A DNA stretch of 64,000 nt from Podarcis vaucheri. Its lineage: Eukaryota. This document shows positions 1-13,162 of this stretch, piece after piece. The notes under the pieces are model-generated. The model was not told the origin of the DNA, did no database searches, and worked only from the letters and a program-made list of their open reading frames with translations. Each line of letters starts with the position of its first letter. The first letter of the stretch is position 1. The stretch lies in the NCBI GenBank assembly GCA_965113315.1, contig OZ220368.1. The stretch is one strand, 5' to 3'. Both the position numbers and the translations under genes were made by a program.

Positions 1-759
1 ACTCAAAAACGATGCAGCGCTAGTGAGGAGCATGGCCTGGGGAGAAGGTGCATGCCAGAGGTGCATGTGGCCTGGGGAGATCCCAAGGGCCTGCAGAGAA
101 GCCTGGAGGGCCACATTTGGGTGTGATATTACCCATCCCTGCTGCATGCATTAAAACAAACATCCAATTTTCACAGTGTGGACTTTGAGGACCAGTTGAC
201 TCACAGGTTGATTGCTTGGCATTGGATGACCTGGAGCTGAATGGGTGGGCTAACTGCACTGAACAGCACAGAGCTTGAGCATTCACATGTGAAAACAGCT
301 ATGATGAGGCAGATACAAAATGCTGAAGATTCATATGTGGACCCAGCCTTGAAATGTGATGAGTAGCCTTTGGGCGATTGTACCAACTCAGCATCATCCT
401 GTCTCAAGCAGTTTTATTTTCAAGCTAGTACATTCATTGCTTCAGGTGGACAACAGAGTGGAACTTCCCTGACTGAATTTTGTGCATGAGCACGTGGCTT
501 CCTAACTCCTTCATCAAAGAAGATTGACTTATAATGGAATAGTCATGCCCCTTCTGGCTCAATTAAAACTTCTGAAGCCAAGACCACAAAAACATGTTCT
601 CTGTAATTAAAATGTGACTTTGTATAACTCTGTCGCCCACTCCTACCTTTTGGCTTCAGTTTCTAAGCCGTCTGTGGGTGCAGAACAGGTTGATTCATAC
701 ATTATGACAATGCAAAGCCTTTGCAAGATGATTCGGAGTAGTTTTAATTCCTCATAAAG

Positions 760-858
760 GAAACATCAGCCCTTGATGAGCTAAAACCCGGTCTCCACCG
801 TAGATGGTCATTAAAGGTTCTTCTGAAACCATGGATTAAACACAACCGTAAAACTAAA
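760..858 (+). CDS. Candidate internal coding exon of an unidentified + strand gene (phase 0-0; ETSALDELKPGLHRRWSLKVLLKPWIKHNRKTK)
   Basis: Acceptor ttttaattcctcataaag, 99 nt open in phase 0 with retained CpGs, weak donor AAA|gtatcc; not repeat-like. Confidence 0.35.
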
Positions 859-2789
859 GTATCCGTCATTGTGTGATCCACCTGAGGGAATGTTAAAATT
901 GCAAACTTGTTCTTCTGAATGCCAGTCAGCTAATTATCCTCCGAGAAGAAAGGCCCAGTAATTGGGCCATGACCATATTATATATTCCTAGGAGCAAATG
1001 ACTATCTGCTCTGCATAAGCAGATATGTAGTTTCTGCCAATCTCACAGTAGTAGGTGCTCTTGAAATTGGATCCAGGAACAAATAAATATATGGTTGGAA
1101 TTGCTACTCAAAGTAGACCAATGCACATAAGTGAATCCAAGTTAGTCATGGCCAATAACTTCCATGGGTCTACTCTGAGAAGGACTAGAACTGTGTAACA
1201 CCCATAGAGAATAGAAATATAACTTATTTTAAAAAGGCCACAAAGCAGCAAATTCTTAATCAAACCCAGCATTGATTTTCAAACTGGGTCTCTGGGGCAC
1301 CTGAGTTATTCTGACGCCAATCAGGGGGTCCACCATGAGAGTACTAATCAGGAGCAGCTCTGGCTTTAAGAGAACACTTATAAGCAGTGTGTATTTTAGG
1401 AAATGATGCCCCAAAAATGTGTAATTTTGTGAAAAAATACATACAAAAATAATTGACATTTTCAAATTTTAAAAAACATGCATTGGACCACATGAAACTT
1501 TGGACCACAAAACCAAAATGGGTGTTGCTGAAATGTATTTGACCATAGCTGCTAAATCTTCACTATTGGTGGCATCTGTGGTTGGCTGGCACAATATTAA
1601 TTGCTAGCTGCTTCCTTGTTTTTGTCCCTGATCAATAGTGCCAATACTACTAATAGCCTCACAGCCCATTTATAATAGATAAATTGCCGAGCAATCAAAA
1701 ACATTGTATTTTCATGAGCATTAATTGGGCATTCTAAACCCATGTGTGTTCCACCCCCTGGTCCCTCAGCCAGGAGTCAGAGAACCTCGGAAGTCTTCAT
1801 TAATTCATTTTTTAAAAGACAACTAATCACCTTGAAAGTTTTTTTTTTAAAAGGAAAACCCAACCAGCTAATAGTTCTGGTGAAAGCAGATTTTAAGTAA
1901 TTAATCAATAGCCTCATTAGGGTTGCTGGGAGATAAAAGAGCATCTTATGATGAATGGCCAGAGGGCCTAACTTGCCCAGAAAGCAACATCAAAGCAGCC
2001 TAGGCCATAAAATGTTCTACCACTGCAGGCAAATGAAGAGCAGTCTTGTAGGTTAGGACACCACACCCTAACTTCAATGAATATAATCCTGGGGGGAATT
2101 GATCAATCTTTTTGTGCCCCAGTTCTAAAAAAGAAAAGAAAAAAAGCCTTTGCTTATTGCTTCATCCAGGGGATCTGAAGCTTTGTACCGTAATGTTTCC
2201 CTAAGATTCAAACTTGACCTGATATTCAGACCCAACGTCAGCAGTCAAGCTGATCAGACACTGATCTGGTCAGTAGGAACCCTCACTGGCTTGACTTCTC
2301 AGCTGCACATACACAACTGTGTCATGGTGCTGAATCAGGATATTTAATCCTTTTGTCTCCACCATGGTCCTGACCGAAATCATATACATACTGCACTGGT
2401 TATTTTCAATGGGAAGACAGCTTCCATTGGCAAGGGGTTGTGTGATTTCAGTTAGGACTACTGTGGGGATAAAAAGCTGAAGTCCCCTCTTCCAGGCCAC
2501 CACCCCCATCAGGATTCACCCCACCCCACCCTACCCCTAGTTAAACAAAAATCAGCTGCACAAGCTTGAACTGTGTGACACACATAAATTTTGAAGTGGA
2601 GGAGCTCATCATGGGAGCCCAGATAGCCATGTCTCCCAGGAGAATCCAAAAATGGGTGCTGAACTGTGCATCCTATAACAACCATGTAACACTGGTTTTA
2701 CAAAACTTCTGGTTGCCTGTATGCTACCAATATTTCTAGGTGTTGCTGTTGACAGCTGAACCCTGGCAACCTGGGACCCAAATACTTGA

Positions 2790-3150
2790 AGAAACACCTT
2801 TGCTGGTATTCAGAGCTCTGCAGGAGAAGCCCTTCTGTTGGTTCTGCTGATAACTGTGGTACAGGGCCTTTTCTGTGGCAGCCTCCTGGAAATGGGGTTC
2901 CCTCCCATCATAAAATGTGCCTGGTGTGGGCTTTGAGCTAGCTGAAGACATCTCTCTTTATCAAGGCATTTGGGGACTGCTGATCAGCATAACCCATTTG
3001 TAATTGGCGGACTGTTCTATCCTGTTCACATAGATTTTAGTACTCATCTTAATTTTTATTACTTTAGACTGTTTTATTGGTTGAATAATTCTTCTATGTG
3101 AGAAGAGCCCTGACATTACTTATGATGAAATCTTTTGAACAAATTAATGA
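2790..3150 (+). mobile_element. Degraded L2 LINE 3' fragment
   Basis: Contains ggccttttctgtggcagc...gctgaagacatctctctttatcaaggcattt, similar to the L2 3' end at 26650-26780. Confidence 0.5.
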
Positions 3151-3188
3151 GTGAACAGCAAAACTAAACACCTTCTACTACAGCAGTA

Positions 3189-3429
3189 CAGTCAAACCTT
3201 GGTTCCTGAACACATCCGTTATCATATGTCTTGGCTCCTGAATGCCGAAAACCCGGAAGTAATTGCTCCGGTTTCCGAACAATTTTTGAAAGCCGAACGT
3301 GCTATGCAGCTTCCGTTTTGAGTTTCCTTATTGTATTGAGGCTTCTGCTTTCAGTTTTCGGTTGTTGAACATTTTGGAAGTCAAACGGTCTTCCGGAACG
3401 GATTACGTTCGACAGCCGAGGTTTGACTG
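3189..3429. mobile_element. Tc1/mariner (Tigger/pogo-like) MITE, 241 bp
   Basis: TIRs CAGTCAAACCTTGG / CCGAGGTTTGACTG, flanked by TA on both sides. Confidence 0.85.
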
Positions 3430-4486
3430 TACCTTTATCTGGTTTTTTTTAAAAAATAAAAACTTTATATAGAGTTTGACTGCTCCCTCGCTGAACTGTT
3501 AAAGTGCATGAGCATTCATCTAGGACACTAAAAAGCACACCAAGCAAATAAAATAATGGCATTCTTGCCATTTCTCATACTTTTTGTCTTCTGCAAAAAG
3601 GCATTTCACAATGCAAGCCTAAGCAAGTCTACTTAGAACTAACCCCCTTCAAAATAAGGTTATAATCTTAAAAGGTTGTGCACTCCTTTCTCCAGCACTG
3701 CAGTGCCACATTTTCCCCCTGAGCAGTTGAAACAAAACACAGGGTCAATTTCAATTCACAGCTTTTGAAAAGAAGTGAAATTGACAATATTCAGAAGCAA
3801 TCCATCCATTTGCATTCCATTTAGTTTGAACTGAATGTGGCATTGCTAAGGTTTTCAGGAGAATCATGCTGAGGAGTCAAAGGGGTAGTCTTTGCTCAAT
3901 CAAGTTCATAAGCCCCTATTAGCTTCCAGGCAGAACTCCAAGGTGCTGTTGCACTGCTACAGGAGCAAAAGCACCAGAAATAAATGTCAATATAACCTTA
4001 TACACAACAGCTTGGATATGTGCTAGAAATGGGCTGGCTGCTCCATGCAAATGCAGCTGCTGTGAACTGACAAGCAGTCAAGTGAGAAAGTGAGAGGAGT
4101 AAGCAAATTCTTGGCTTGATTGGCCCACCTGCTTTCTATGCAGCACGTTGCACAGAGGCAAAATAGGATGGTGGCTGGAGGGTTTCTTGCACCTAAGCAG
4201 TCATACAAAGCACGTTGTTTACTTGACAAGATATAAACATTCTTCTTCTTATTGACTGAAGGGCTCTTCAGAAAACATTCTGTAGGCAATTTTTCCTGCT
4301 GCTGCAAAGATCTGCAGGGGGCACTAGGGCTTGTTTTGATGGATTAATATCATGCTGTGGCATCAAGCAAGGACCATGGTGTCTTCAAAATGAATATAAA
4401 GTAAATAATCTAGGACTAAAAATAGTATATTAAAAAACAAACAAAACCCCCCCATATTCATCATTATAGGACAGGAGTTTGGTCTA

Positions 4487-4540
4487 CAGTGGTATCTCAG
4501 GTTAATTCAACTTTATCTGTTCCGGAGGTCCGTTCTTAAC
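4487..4540. mobile_element. Tc1/mariner MITE end truncated by assembly gap (same family as 13872-14113)
   Basis: TA|CAGTGGTATCTCAGGTTAA...GTTCCGGAGGTCCGTTCTTAAC matches the start of the 13872 copy. Confidence 0.8.
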
Positions 4541-4740
4541 NNNNNNNNNNNNNNNNNNNNNNNNNNNNNNNNNNNNNNNNNNNNNNNNNNNNNNNNNNNN
4601 NNNNNNNNNNNNNNNNNNNNNNNNNNNNNNNNNNNNNNNNNNNNNNNNNNNNNNNNNNNNNNNNNNNNNNNNNNNNNNNNNNNNNNNNNNNNNNNNNNNN
4701 NNNNNNNNNNNNNNNNNNNNNNNNNNNNNNNNNNNNNNNN
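4541..4740. other. Assembly gap (200 N)
   Basis: Run of N. Confidence 1.
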
Positions 4741-6342
4741 ATGATGCATATAGTTGATGATTTATGGATTATTATATTTACATGCTGGGTACCACTATGG
4801 TTGCATTGCAGAAAGACTGTTTAGAAATCATGGAATACAAGTAGGATCTACCACAAAACAACGATGTTTATTGTCACCACCTAACAGGAGTGGTCCTGTT
4901 CAGGATGTTAGCCAACCAGCCATGTCCTTTAGGATATTCTAATCCTATCTGCCCTCTGCTTTCTATTTCCCTTTTCCAACTGACACTCAACTGATAGAGC
5001 ATGCTCAGTCTTCAGTGGGTTTTGTTAAAAATTAGATCTCCTGAACTTATACTTCTCTCTTGTTTCTTATTGACCCACATTTGTGTTGGCACTCAACAGT
5101 TGAGTTGGCTAATAGAAGGAATGATGTGTTCATACATACTCCACCCACCAACCCACAAAAAAATAATAATAGTCATGTGACCCAAGAAATAGGACAGTCC
5201 TATGATGACAGAGTTCTCTATGGCTCACAGTGAGCAGCAGTGATGGCTGGAAGTGGAGGGGAATAAGGTGTGGAACCTTCTCTCCATTTCCTACTGTCCA
5301 GTGAATTTTAAGACAATGATAATAATAAGGTAGTCTGCATCTTCATGATATCAAAGGAAGCATATTTGGATGTGGGGGGACCTGAGGGAAACTACTTCTG
5401 CAGCTTCAAACTGGATTAAACAAATTCCCCAATTCTAGACTAACATCTGGCTGAGCTTGCACATTACACACCATTCACATGGTAACATATTACATATATG
5501 TATCTCCTGCCTGTATAGAAATGCTGATTGCCTGTACTGTTATTCATTCCCCATCACATTTCTAGGCTGATGGCTCTAATCTTTATATCTAGCAAATCTA
5601 ATGAATTTGCTCTTCATGAAGATCTGACCTCAGAGAAATTATGACCCATGAGAGGTGGTTTAATTCATTTCACTGCAAGAGGGCTGCATGACATACGCTT
5701 ATATTACTGGCTATTAAGACGTGTATTTTAATGTTCGCTATCCTCCTTTCTCAGACAAAAACATGATCAGAAGGAAGATTGCTGCCTTCAGATTTGGGGC
5801 TAAGCAGAGAAGTTGTCTGGACAGCGCCTGATCTCCTCCAGCTGGCAATAAATAAGGTGCCGAGCAGCTCATCGGGTCTATAAATAGCTTTCCCAGCAGC
5901 CTTCTCTGATGATTGTATCTCTCGCTCTCCTCTCTGTGTGCAACAACACACACAGCCCCTAAAATAGAGGATGATAATCAAAAGGCTGAAAGACCCTTAA
6001 CTACAGTGTAGAGACATTAGCAGCTGCAGAAATAATGAAGCCTTTGCACAGCACAGTTTTTGATTAGATTGCTCTTTTCTAATCCACGTGGTTGCTGCAG
6101 TTTTGAGCTAACAGGCCAAATCTGTGATATGGAAGCCCTGCCCTTTATCCCAGATGTTTGTGATGGGCAGGGTGAGATATATTAGCAGTGTAGGAACAGC
6201 ATTCTGCACATGCTCAGAGACCCTGTCCTTCTTATTATCATTTCACAAAGGTCCAGGGCCTGGAATATTTTCGTATCTGAGCCTTGACGTGAAAAACAAG
6301 TACTGGAGTCAAGCCCAAGCTTAAATTGATCTTTTAATATAG

Positions 6343-6407
6343 GATGCAGCCCAAAGTGTGATACCGCTTGATCTCCTTCACAGCCTCCTTTTGAATATTC
6401 CTGCAAG
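6343..6407 (+). CDS. Candidate internal coding exon (phase 0-2; DAAQSVIPLDLLHSLLLNIPA)
   Basis: Acceptor cttttaatatag, donor AAG|gtaata, only one frame open. Confidence 0.3.
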
Positions 6408-7378
6408 GTAATACAGAGCTTCCTAATTTTATAGTTGAGGAGTCTCACTTAGTCCCAGCATGACTGACAGATTTCCAAAGAGCTCCATTTTCATTTCTGT
6501 ATCAATTTACAGCTACATTTTTGCAAAACACAAATTCTTCACCCATCAACTCTCATTTAGCTGACCACAGCTAAAAAATTTTTGGGAATGAATTACTGTC
6601 GCAGGTAAATAAATGGTGTTGTGTCCTTCCAAAAACAGATTTGACTGAGCAAAGTGACATGTTGCTACTGCAAATATTTAGTACTGATACTCTACTGATA
6701 ATGCCTAACACATTTTTATATCTGGACCTGAATCATGGCCACTATAAGCATGTGATGGAGATGAATGGAATTTCCATTTTGCAAATGGTGAATGGTTGCT
6801 TAAGGCAAGTAAATTTCCCAGCAGCTGTGGCAATGGCCTGAGGTGTGATACACACTCCTCCCATCATGGGGCAAAAGCAGTGATGTATTTAGGGCAGCAT
6901 GGCCTGTTCTGCTGCCCTGGGTGCCGAGTCTAGGGTGCTGTAACTATAATGTAGTGAACTGAGCAGAATGGAAGGTGGGGGGGGGGGGAGGGCATGCCAA
7001 ATTTTGGACTTGCACAGAGCACAGCTGAAATTTTAAATACCAAAGCACAGTGCAGTGAACCATTAGTCTCTCTCAATTTAAGATAACTCATTGAATCCAA
7101 AGCTAGCTTTAATTAGCAAGTATAAATCTTTGAAGCTAAAGTATTCATTTGACATAACCTGGCACCTTTTTTATATTCCAGTCTCACAAACACCTGGCAG
7201 TGCTGTAGTCGAGGTTTAAATCAAGTAGGTTAAGTCACTTACAAGACTCCTCTCCACCTTTAGTCGCACCAAATTAAATGACAAATACATTCTACAAACC
7301 TAGGAATATAGCAGTTCCACTTTTTAAAGAGAGGCAGACTTAGGCAAACTGACATAAAAGGCTAAATTGAATTTAGTG

Positions 7379-7400
7379 ATATATATATATATATATATAT
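7379..7400. repeat. (AT)n microsatellite
   Basis: Direct reading. Confidence 0.95.
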
Positions 7401-7641
7401 GCCTTTCTATAAATTGGCAAGTAACTCTTCTCCGCCTGCCTCTTTTCGAGACCAAAGCTTTTGGTTTGAAAATGATTTCTCAGCTGTTTAATTTCAATAG
7501 CAGCATATAGTGCTATCTTTAATCTTTAATTTGCTTTTTAAAGAATTGTCAGGTATCAGACAGATAGTTGCTTGGGAAATGCTATAATCTCAGGAGACAG
7601 CCATAGAGATCTACATCACATTGCAGTAACAAAACAGAATA

Positions 7642-8005
7642 AAGGTAAAGGTAAAGGTACCCCTGCCCGAACGGGCCAGTCTTGACAGACTCTGGGGTTT
7701 GTGCGCCCATCTCACATCTATTGGCCGGGGGCCAGCGCTGTCCGAAGACACTTCCGGGTCACGTGGCCAGCGTGACAAAGCTGCATCTGGCGAGCCAGCG
7801 CAGCACACGGAACGCCGTTTACCTTCCGCTGGTAAGCGGTACCTATTTATCTACTTGCACCCGGGGGTGCTTTCGAACTGCTAGGTTGGCAGGCGCTGGG
7901 ACCGAGCAGCGGGAGCGCACCCCGCCGCGGGGATTCGAACCGCCGACCTTTCGATCGGCAAGCCCTAGGCGCTGAGGCTTTTACCCACAGCGCCACCCGC
8001 GTCCC
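7642..8005 (-). mobile_element. Full-length young Sauria SINE
   Basis: Minus-strand 5' end GGGACGCGGGTGGCGCTGTGGG, B-box-like GGTTCGAATCC, (ACCTTT)n tail, 14-bp TSD AACAAAACAGAATA (7628-7641 / 8006-8019), CpGs retained. Confidence 0.93.
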
Positions 8006-8461
8006 AACAAAACAGAATATGTTACCTTAAATCTGTAACTTCTGCACTGGTTATCAGTTTGTTTTTGGACTCAGCGGGAGATGCTACCTTTGACCTTTAA
8101 AGCCTTAAAGTTACTTTGAGCCAAGGCACCTTCACAATCTCTCTCCCTGCCCCCCATGAACCAGCCTGTAATCTCTGTCCCATTAGGGAGGCTCTCCTTT
8201 GTGTTCCTTTGCTGCCAAAGGTGAAGTGAGCAGGGAACTTTCTCACCTCTGGCTTTATGAAACAGCTTGCTAAGAAGGCTACATCTGCCCTTCTTGTTGC
8301 CCATCACTCCTAAGGAATGTTGTAACCGCTCCTAGAGGGTCTTTTGTGTGGGGGTTGGAGTATTATTTTCTATTGTTTTGTATATATTGTTTTAATCTTT
8401 GTGAGCTGCATTGAGCACACTTACTAGCAGAAGGGTGTGGCCAAAATTCATGGCAAAACAA

Positions 8462-8583
8462 AGAATCATAGAAGTGTAGGGTCATCTAGTCCAACCACCT
8501 GCATTGCAGAAATCTTTTGCCCAACCTTGGGCTCAAACCCATGACCTTGAGGTTAAGAATCTCATGCTCTACCAACTGAGCTA
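8462..8583 (-). mobile_element. tRNA-Lys(CTT)-derived SINE with CR1 3' tail
   Basis: Minus strand TAGCTCAGTTGGTAGAGCATGAGATTCTTAACCTCAAGGTCATGGGTTTGAGCCC followed by GGTTGGACTAGATGACC...CTATGATTCT. Confidence 0.85.
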
Positions 8584-8789
8584 AAGCTCTGTGTCAGTAG
8601 CAGATGGTGTGGTGGGGCATTGCCATTCACCTGACCTCTGGTCAGTTATGTCACTACTGCTTAGATGAGCCAATCTGGTCTTCCTGCCAATGTGTTTGCT
8701 ATGGGGTAAGTACCCCACCAACTCACCCCTCCTCCCTTCCAATCAGCAGCAGCAACATGGACAGTACTGTCCAGAGTACTTTCAGCTTA

Positions 8790-9005
8790 TTTGCATTAAG
8801 CTTCAGCGTTTTTGCCCGCATGCATCCCCCAAACACCTTCAAACATCTGTTCAGGATGTCCACCCCATCCTTGGTTCCAAATAGGAAAGAAGCAGAGCTG
8901 GGAGCCATCAACATACTGATGGCACTGAAGCCCAAACCTCTGGATAGCTTCTCCCAGTGGTTTCATGTAGAAGTTTAAAACTATGGGGGACAAAATGGAA
9001 CTCAA
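8790..9005 (-). mobile_element. L2 LINE reverse-transcriptase fragment (degraded)
   Basis: SILSPIVLNFYMKPLGEAIQRFGLQCHQYVDGSQL is a decayed form of the L2/CR1-clade RT motif GSxLSPxLFxxY...YADD. Confidence 0.75.
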
Positions 9006-9256
9006 AATGGCAGCTCAAAAACCACAAGGTGGAGCGTAAGGTACCCCAGCATTGTTTTCTGTGCCCATCCTCCTGGAAAGGACTGGAGTCACAATGCTGT
9101 GTCTCCTGGACTCATCACAGCAAAAAAACAGCAATCTAAAATATGCAGAATAGGGCATGAGTAGCATGCTCTTTAAAATCAGAAACTAATTAATTTGTAG
9201 CTGGCTTTAGAAAAACAATTTAAAGTATTTAAAAATCTAGATTTAAACTCCACCAA

Positions 9257-9320
9257 GTACTTTTAATGTACAATTAACTGTCTCCTCTATCATGTACTTT
9301 TAATGTACAATTAACTGTCT
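9257..9320 (+). repeat. Perfect 27-bp direct duplication with 10-bp spacer
   Basis: GTACTTTTAATGTACAATTAACTGTCT at 9257-9283 and 9294-9320. Confidence 0.95.
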
Positions 9321-10418
9321 TATTCATTTTCTCCAGGTGCAGGAGAGATAAGCGGGAAATTCTATCCTCCCTTTGCATGAACATATAAAATGAATTAGAG
9401 GATTGTTGGCCCAGAATCCTAACCTTCTTAACAGGGGTTAAGTAAGATTGCGCTCCATGGGCCATTTGAAGCCATTACCTCAGCAAAATAACTGCAGCTA
9501 CTGTAAGACATATGCTGGAGTGGGAACATTTCCCTTTCAGTGCTTTCCTGCTTGCCAAATTAACGGCCAAAAAGAAAAAAAAGACAAAAAAAAAAGAGCA
9601 GCTCAGGTTTAAGTCAGCAGCCTGTGCCTTTGCCTCCACTTAATCTGTGGGTTGATCCACAACACATCCATATGCAGCACTGTGGGATGCCAGATACCTA
9701 CAGTCATACACAGGTGGGTCCAGTTTGACAGGGGGGTGGGGCTATCCACCTTTCACTCACTTGATGCTACAAGGATGTCAGGTGATGCATTTTCCTTTGC
9801 CTGCATGGTTTCAAGGCAGTCTGTGCAGTTGCAAACAACAATGACCAGCTGATAGCTGGTGCTCACAAAACATATATGTGGCGGAAATGTGGAATATAAG
9901 AGATGGGGACATGGCAACATACAGTCCTTAACATCCTAAGATTTGCTGCGATTTACATTTCCTCTTTGGGGGTTGTGTTTTGGTGCGTGCTTATTTGACT
10001 TTCAGAGGAATCGTAACCTCTGGTGTTGATGGTGGGGAATGGGTCAGGATGGTGTGCAGCCACCTCTCTACCAGTGGAAAGGGAGGCCCTTTGCAGGTGA
10101 GGACTCTGCAGCAGCAGAGGTCCCATCTATGCAGGTAGCAAGCTATTGCTGATGGTCCTTTCACCAGTGGTAGCCAACAGAAAGCTCCCACACCTTTCAG
10201 GGTGAGTGTAGGAAGCTGATGGCTTTGAATGCTCTGGATCTAGTGTCTTGTCGATCTCCCAAAAAGCTCAATCCTCAGGCCTCTCAGTTACAGCAGCCTA
10301 GAGCTGGTATGCAAAAAAACAGAAGAAGAAGAAGAAAAAACTCACCTTCTGCCCTGGTTGGCATGAATCAGCAGGGCTTCAGAAGCGATGCCGCATCCAT
10401 CACTTCATACATTTCAAA

Positions 10419-10540
10419 TTGTAGAGTTGGAAGGGACCACGAGGGTCATCTAGTGCAACTTCCTGCAATGCAGGAATATTTTGCCCAACGTGGTGTTCAA
10501 ACACATGACCCTGAGATTAAGAGTCTACCCACTGGGCTAT
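10419..10540 (-). mobile_element. tRNA-Lys-derived CR1-tailed SINE (partially deleted head)
   Basis: Minus strand AGACTCTTAATCTCAGGGTCATGTGTTTGAACACCACGTTGGGC plus CR1 tail CTAGATGACCCTCGTGGTCCCTTCCAACTCTAC. Confidence 0.8.
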
Positions 10541-10944
10541 CTTGTTAGGATTGCAATGTAACTCCCTCATCCTATACATATTTACTTGGGACAAGTCCCC
10601 CTGGTTTTAATGGAATTAACTTCCACATAAGGATTTTGGAATTACAGCCATAGTAGTGCTAAACCATATTACAGTATTAGAGAGTAGGTTTTGTTGAAAT
10701 TAGTGGGACTTTCTTCTGAGCAAAAATGCAGGTGATTGCTTTGGGTTAAGGAAAGTGATGGGGGAATACCTTGGAAACTAGACACAGCAATTTTAATAGG
10801 GATGATGTGTTTTTACTGAGCATCATATCCTGATCTGAAATGCGCTATCCTTCATTTCCACCCCTCAGCGAGGACACACAGCCTCAAATGTCTGAGGGCT
10901 GCTTCGTATGATTCAGCCTGAGGAAGTAAATCCCCCTGAAATAC

Positions 10945-11112
10945 TGCTTCAGGTTAAGAACTTTGCTTCAGGATGAGAACAGAAATCGGGCTCCAGTGGC
11001 ACAGCAGCAGCAGGAGGCTCCATTAGCTAAAGTGGTGCTTCAGATTAAGATCAGTTTCAGGTTAAGAACGGACCTCCGGAACGAATTAAGTACTTAACCT
11101 GAGGTACCACTG
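10945..11112. mobile_element. Partial Tc1/mariner MITE (family of 13872-14113, opposite orientation)
   Basis: Ends CTTAACCTGAGGTACCACTG|TA; internal sequence is the reverse complement of the 13872 copy. Confidence 0.85.
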
Positions 11113-11439
11113 TATATGCTGTAGATCTTGAGCCAATCAAGAGTTCTGTGCAGCATGTAAGAAACATACTGACCTCTCAGTGTTAACATCTGTAACAAAC
11201 TTGTGTTTTCTTATAAACAAAACTAAAGGGAACTTTAAGCATGAATTGAAGTGATTTAGTTGCAGTGCAAATGCTACATACGTTGGACACGATGACAGCT
11301 CAGAGAAGCTAATGTCCTTCCAGTGAACAGAGGTGACTGCATACAATCATTCCAATGCCTCTTGCAGCCTCCAGTAAAATAAGGTTCATGCCATTTCTAA
11401 TAAGAGCCTAAAAATAATATTGTTTGTTTCCCCTGACAG

Positions 11440-11511
11440 CTTCTACAGACATTGAGCATTTGCTCCTGGATAGTACTAGGTTCCGGAAACAGCTCCATAA
11501 CATTATTAACT
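11440..11511 (+). CDS. Candidate 72-nt coding exon (e.g. STDIEHLLLDSTRFRKQLHNIIN)
   Basis: Acceptor tgtttgtttcccctgacag, donor ACT|gtaagt, symmetric length; two frames are open. Confidence 0.3.
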
Positions 11512-13162
11512 GTAAGTGTGTGAGCAATCCTTTCAAAGCTGATGGGGCAGGGCATGAATCACACTTTGATCATCCTCCTCTTTTCATGGTTAAGGAATTG
11601 AAATACAAGTCTGAAAGAGGGCCTATTCAAAGCACCTCAAGGCAATTCATATGTCCAGGTATGGTAGAGTTTGCTCACACAACTGGATCACCTTGGAATG
11701 CACACGGATCATCGCTTATTTGAATGCAGCTGCACACTTAATCTCCTGCCATGTGGAGCTCTTAACAAGTAAGTCTGGCACAAATTCTGATGTTTGTGGA
11801 GCATTTAAATAAGTGATATCCAATGTTTTATTCTGTAGTAGTAGAGTCACCCTAACAAGAGAAGCCTATGTACCACATGAGTAAGTGCATATTTGAATCT
11901 ACTCTTCATGGAGGAATGGTAAATTCCTTAGGCTTTAGGTAGCAAGTTTTGGAATCTGTTTTTTTTCTTCCTGACCCAGCTTAGCAAGTCACCCCAACAT
12001 TCTTCTGCGGTTTTACTTCAAATCTTTCCTCCCTCTTTGTTCAGGCCCAACACAACTATTGACACTTTCTACATTATTCTTAGTTTGTGTGTGAATTCTA
12101 ATTTGGAGCCCTGCATGACTCTTGATACGACAGTAATTTTTGGAAGATGAACTGCAGGGGAATGGAAACAGAGCTGCATGTCACAAAGCCATCCCTTCTC
12201 TTGACCTGCATTTACTGACACATCCTGTGTCTCTGTGTGATGACTCTAAATATCTGATCATTAGTAACTAGGGATAGGTTAATATTTATGCCTCTCTACT
12301 CTCTTCTGAGCTTGGAAGGTCTGCTGTGATCTCTATAAGCCACCCAACCTCATGCTTGGCTTTTATGGGCAAAGTAACTTTTACAAAATCTATCTTTCTT
12401 GTTAAAGTTTGAACTGTGGCTTAACTGTGGCATTTCTCAGCAGTGGCTTAACTGGTTTTGGAGACATGGAGTTTATGAAGTTGCAGAAGCAAATTATGCT
12501 CAGAAATTTGGCATGCAAATGTGGCACATTTTCAGAAGAGTCGGCAATTTCCAAATCCATAATGTGACAAACACAGAGGCGGCAATAAGGAAACTGTCAA
12601 ATGACAAACTTAAACAGCAAATCAACCATGTCTAGGGAAATATAGAGACCATTTCATGCAAGAATTCATTTACATTAAGGAGACTTATTTTATATGTTCC
12701 GAGCTTCGTAACTGCTCAACTGTGCTCAGTTCCTGCTATGTTTGGTTTGGTTTGCAGCTGTGTGGTTTTTTTTAATCAGAATATATTATCTGTATTATTT
12801 GCATGGGGGCAGTAAACTTCACTAGCTATGTTGTCTGAAATTACATATATCAGCCAAAATGGTCAGAAGGGGACATAAAATTATAAATCCAAGTACAGTA
12901 GATACTCCCCAGAAAACCAGTTGTTGCCACTTAAGTGTCCTTGTCACATTGTGAACTCATGAACAGCTACTGATGAACAGCACATGTCTTTGTAAATCTG
13001 CTCATTGAGTTTCATTCATATGTTTCTTAAGCCCTGGGCAGACATCACTGAATGCAGAAATTGATAACATGGAATGGTGGACTAAATTTACACTAGGGTG
13101 GTGGTATGTTCTACTTTATAGAGGAGATGATACTTCTTTCCTTGAAAGAACTGTCCAGTCCA

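Noticed and set aside
10798-10840. Box C/D snoRNA-like motifs (GATGATG...CTGA)
   Set aside because: Too short and the C box is imperfect
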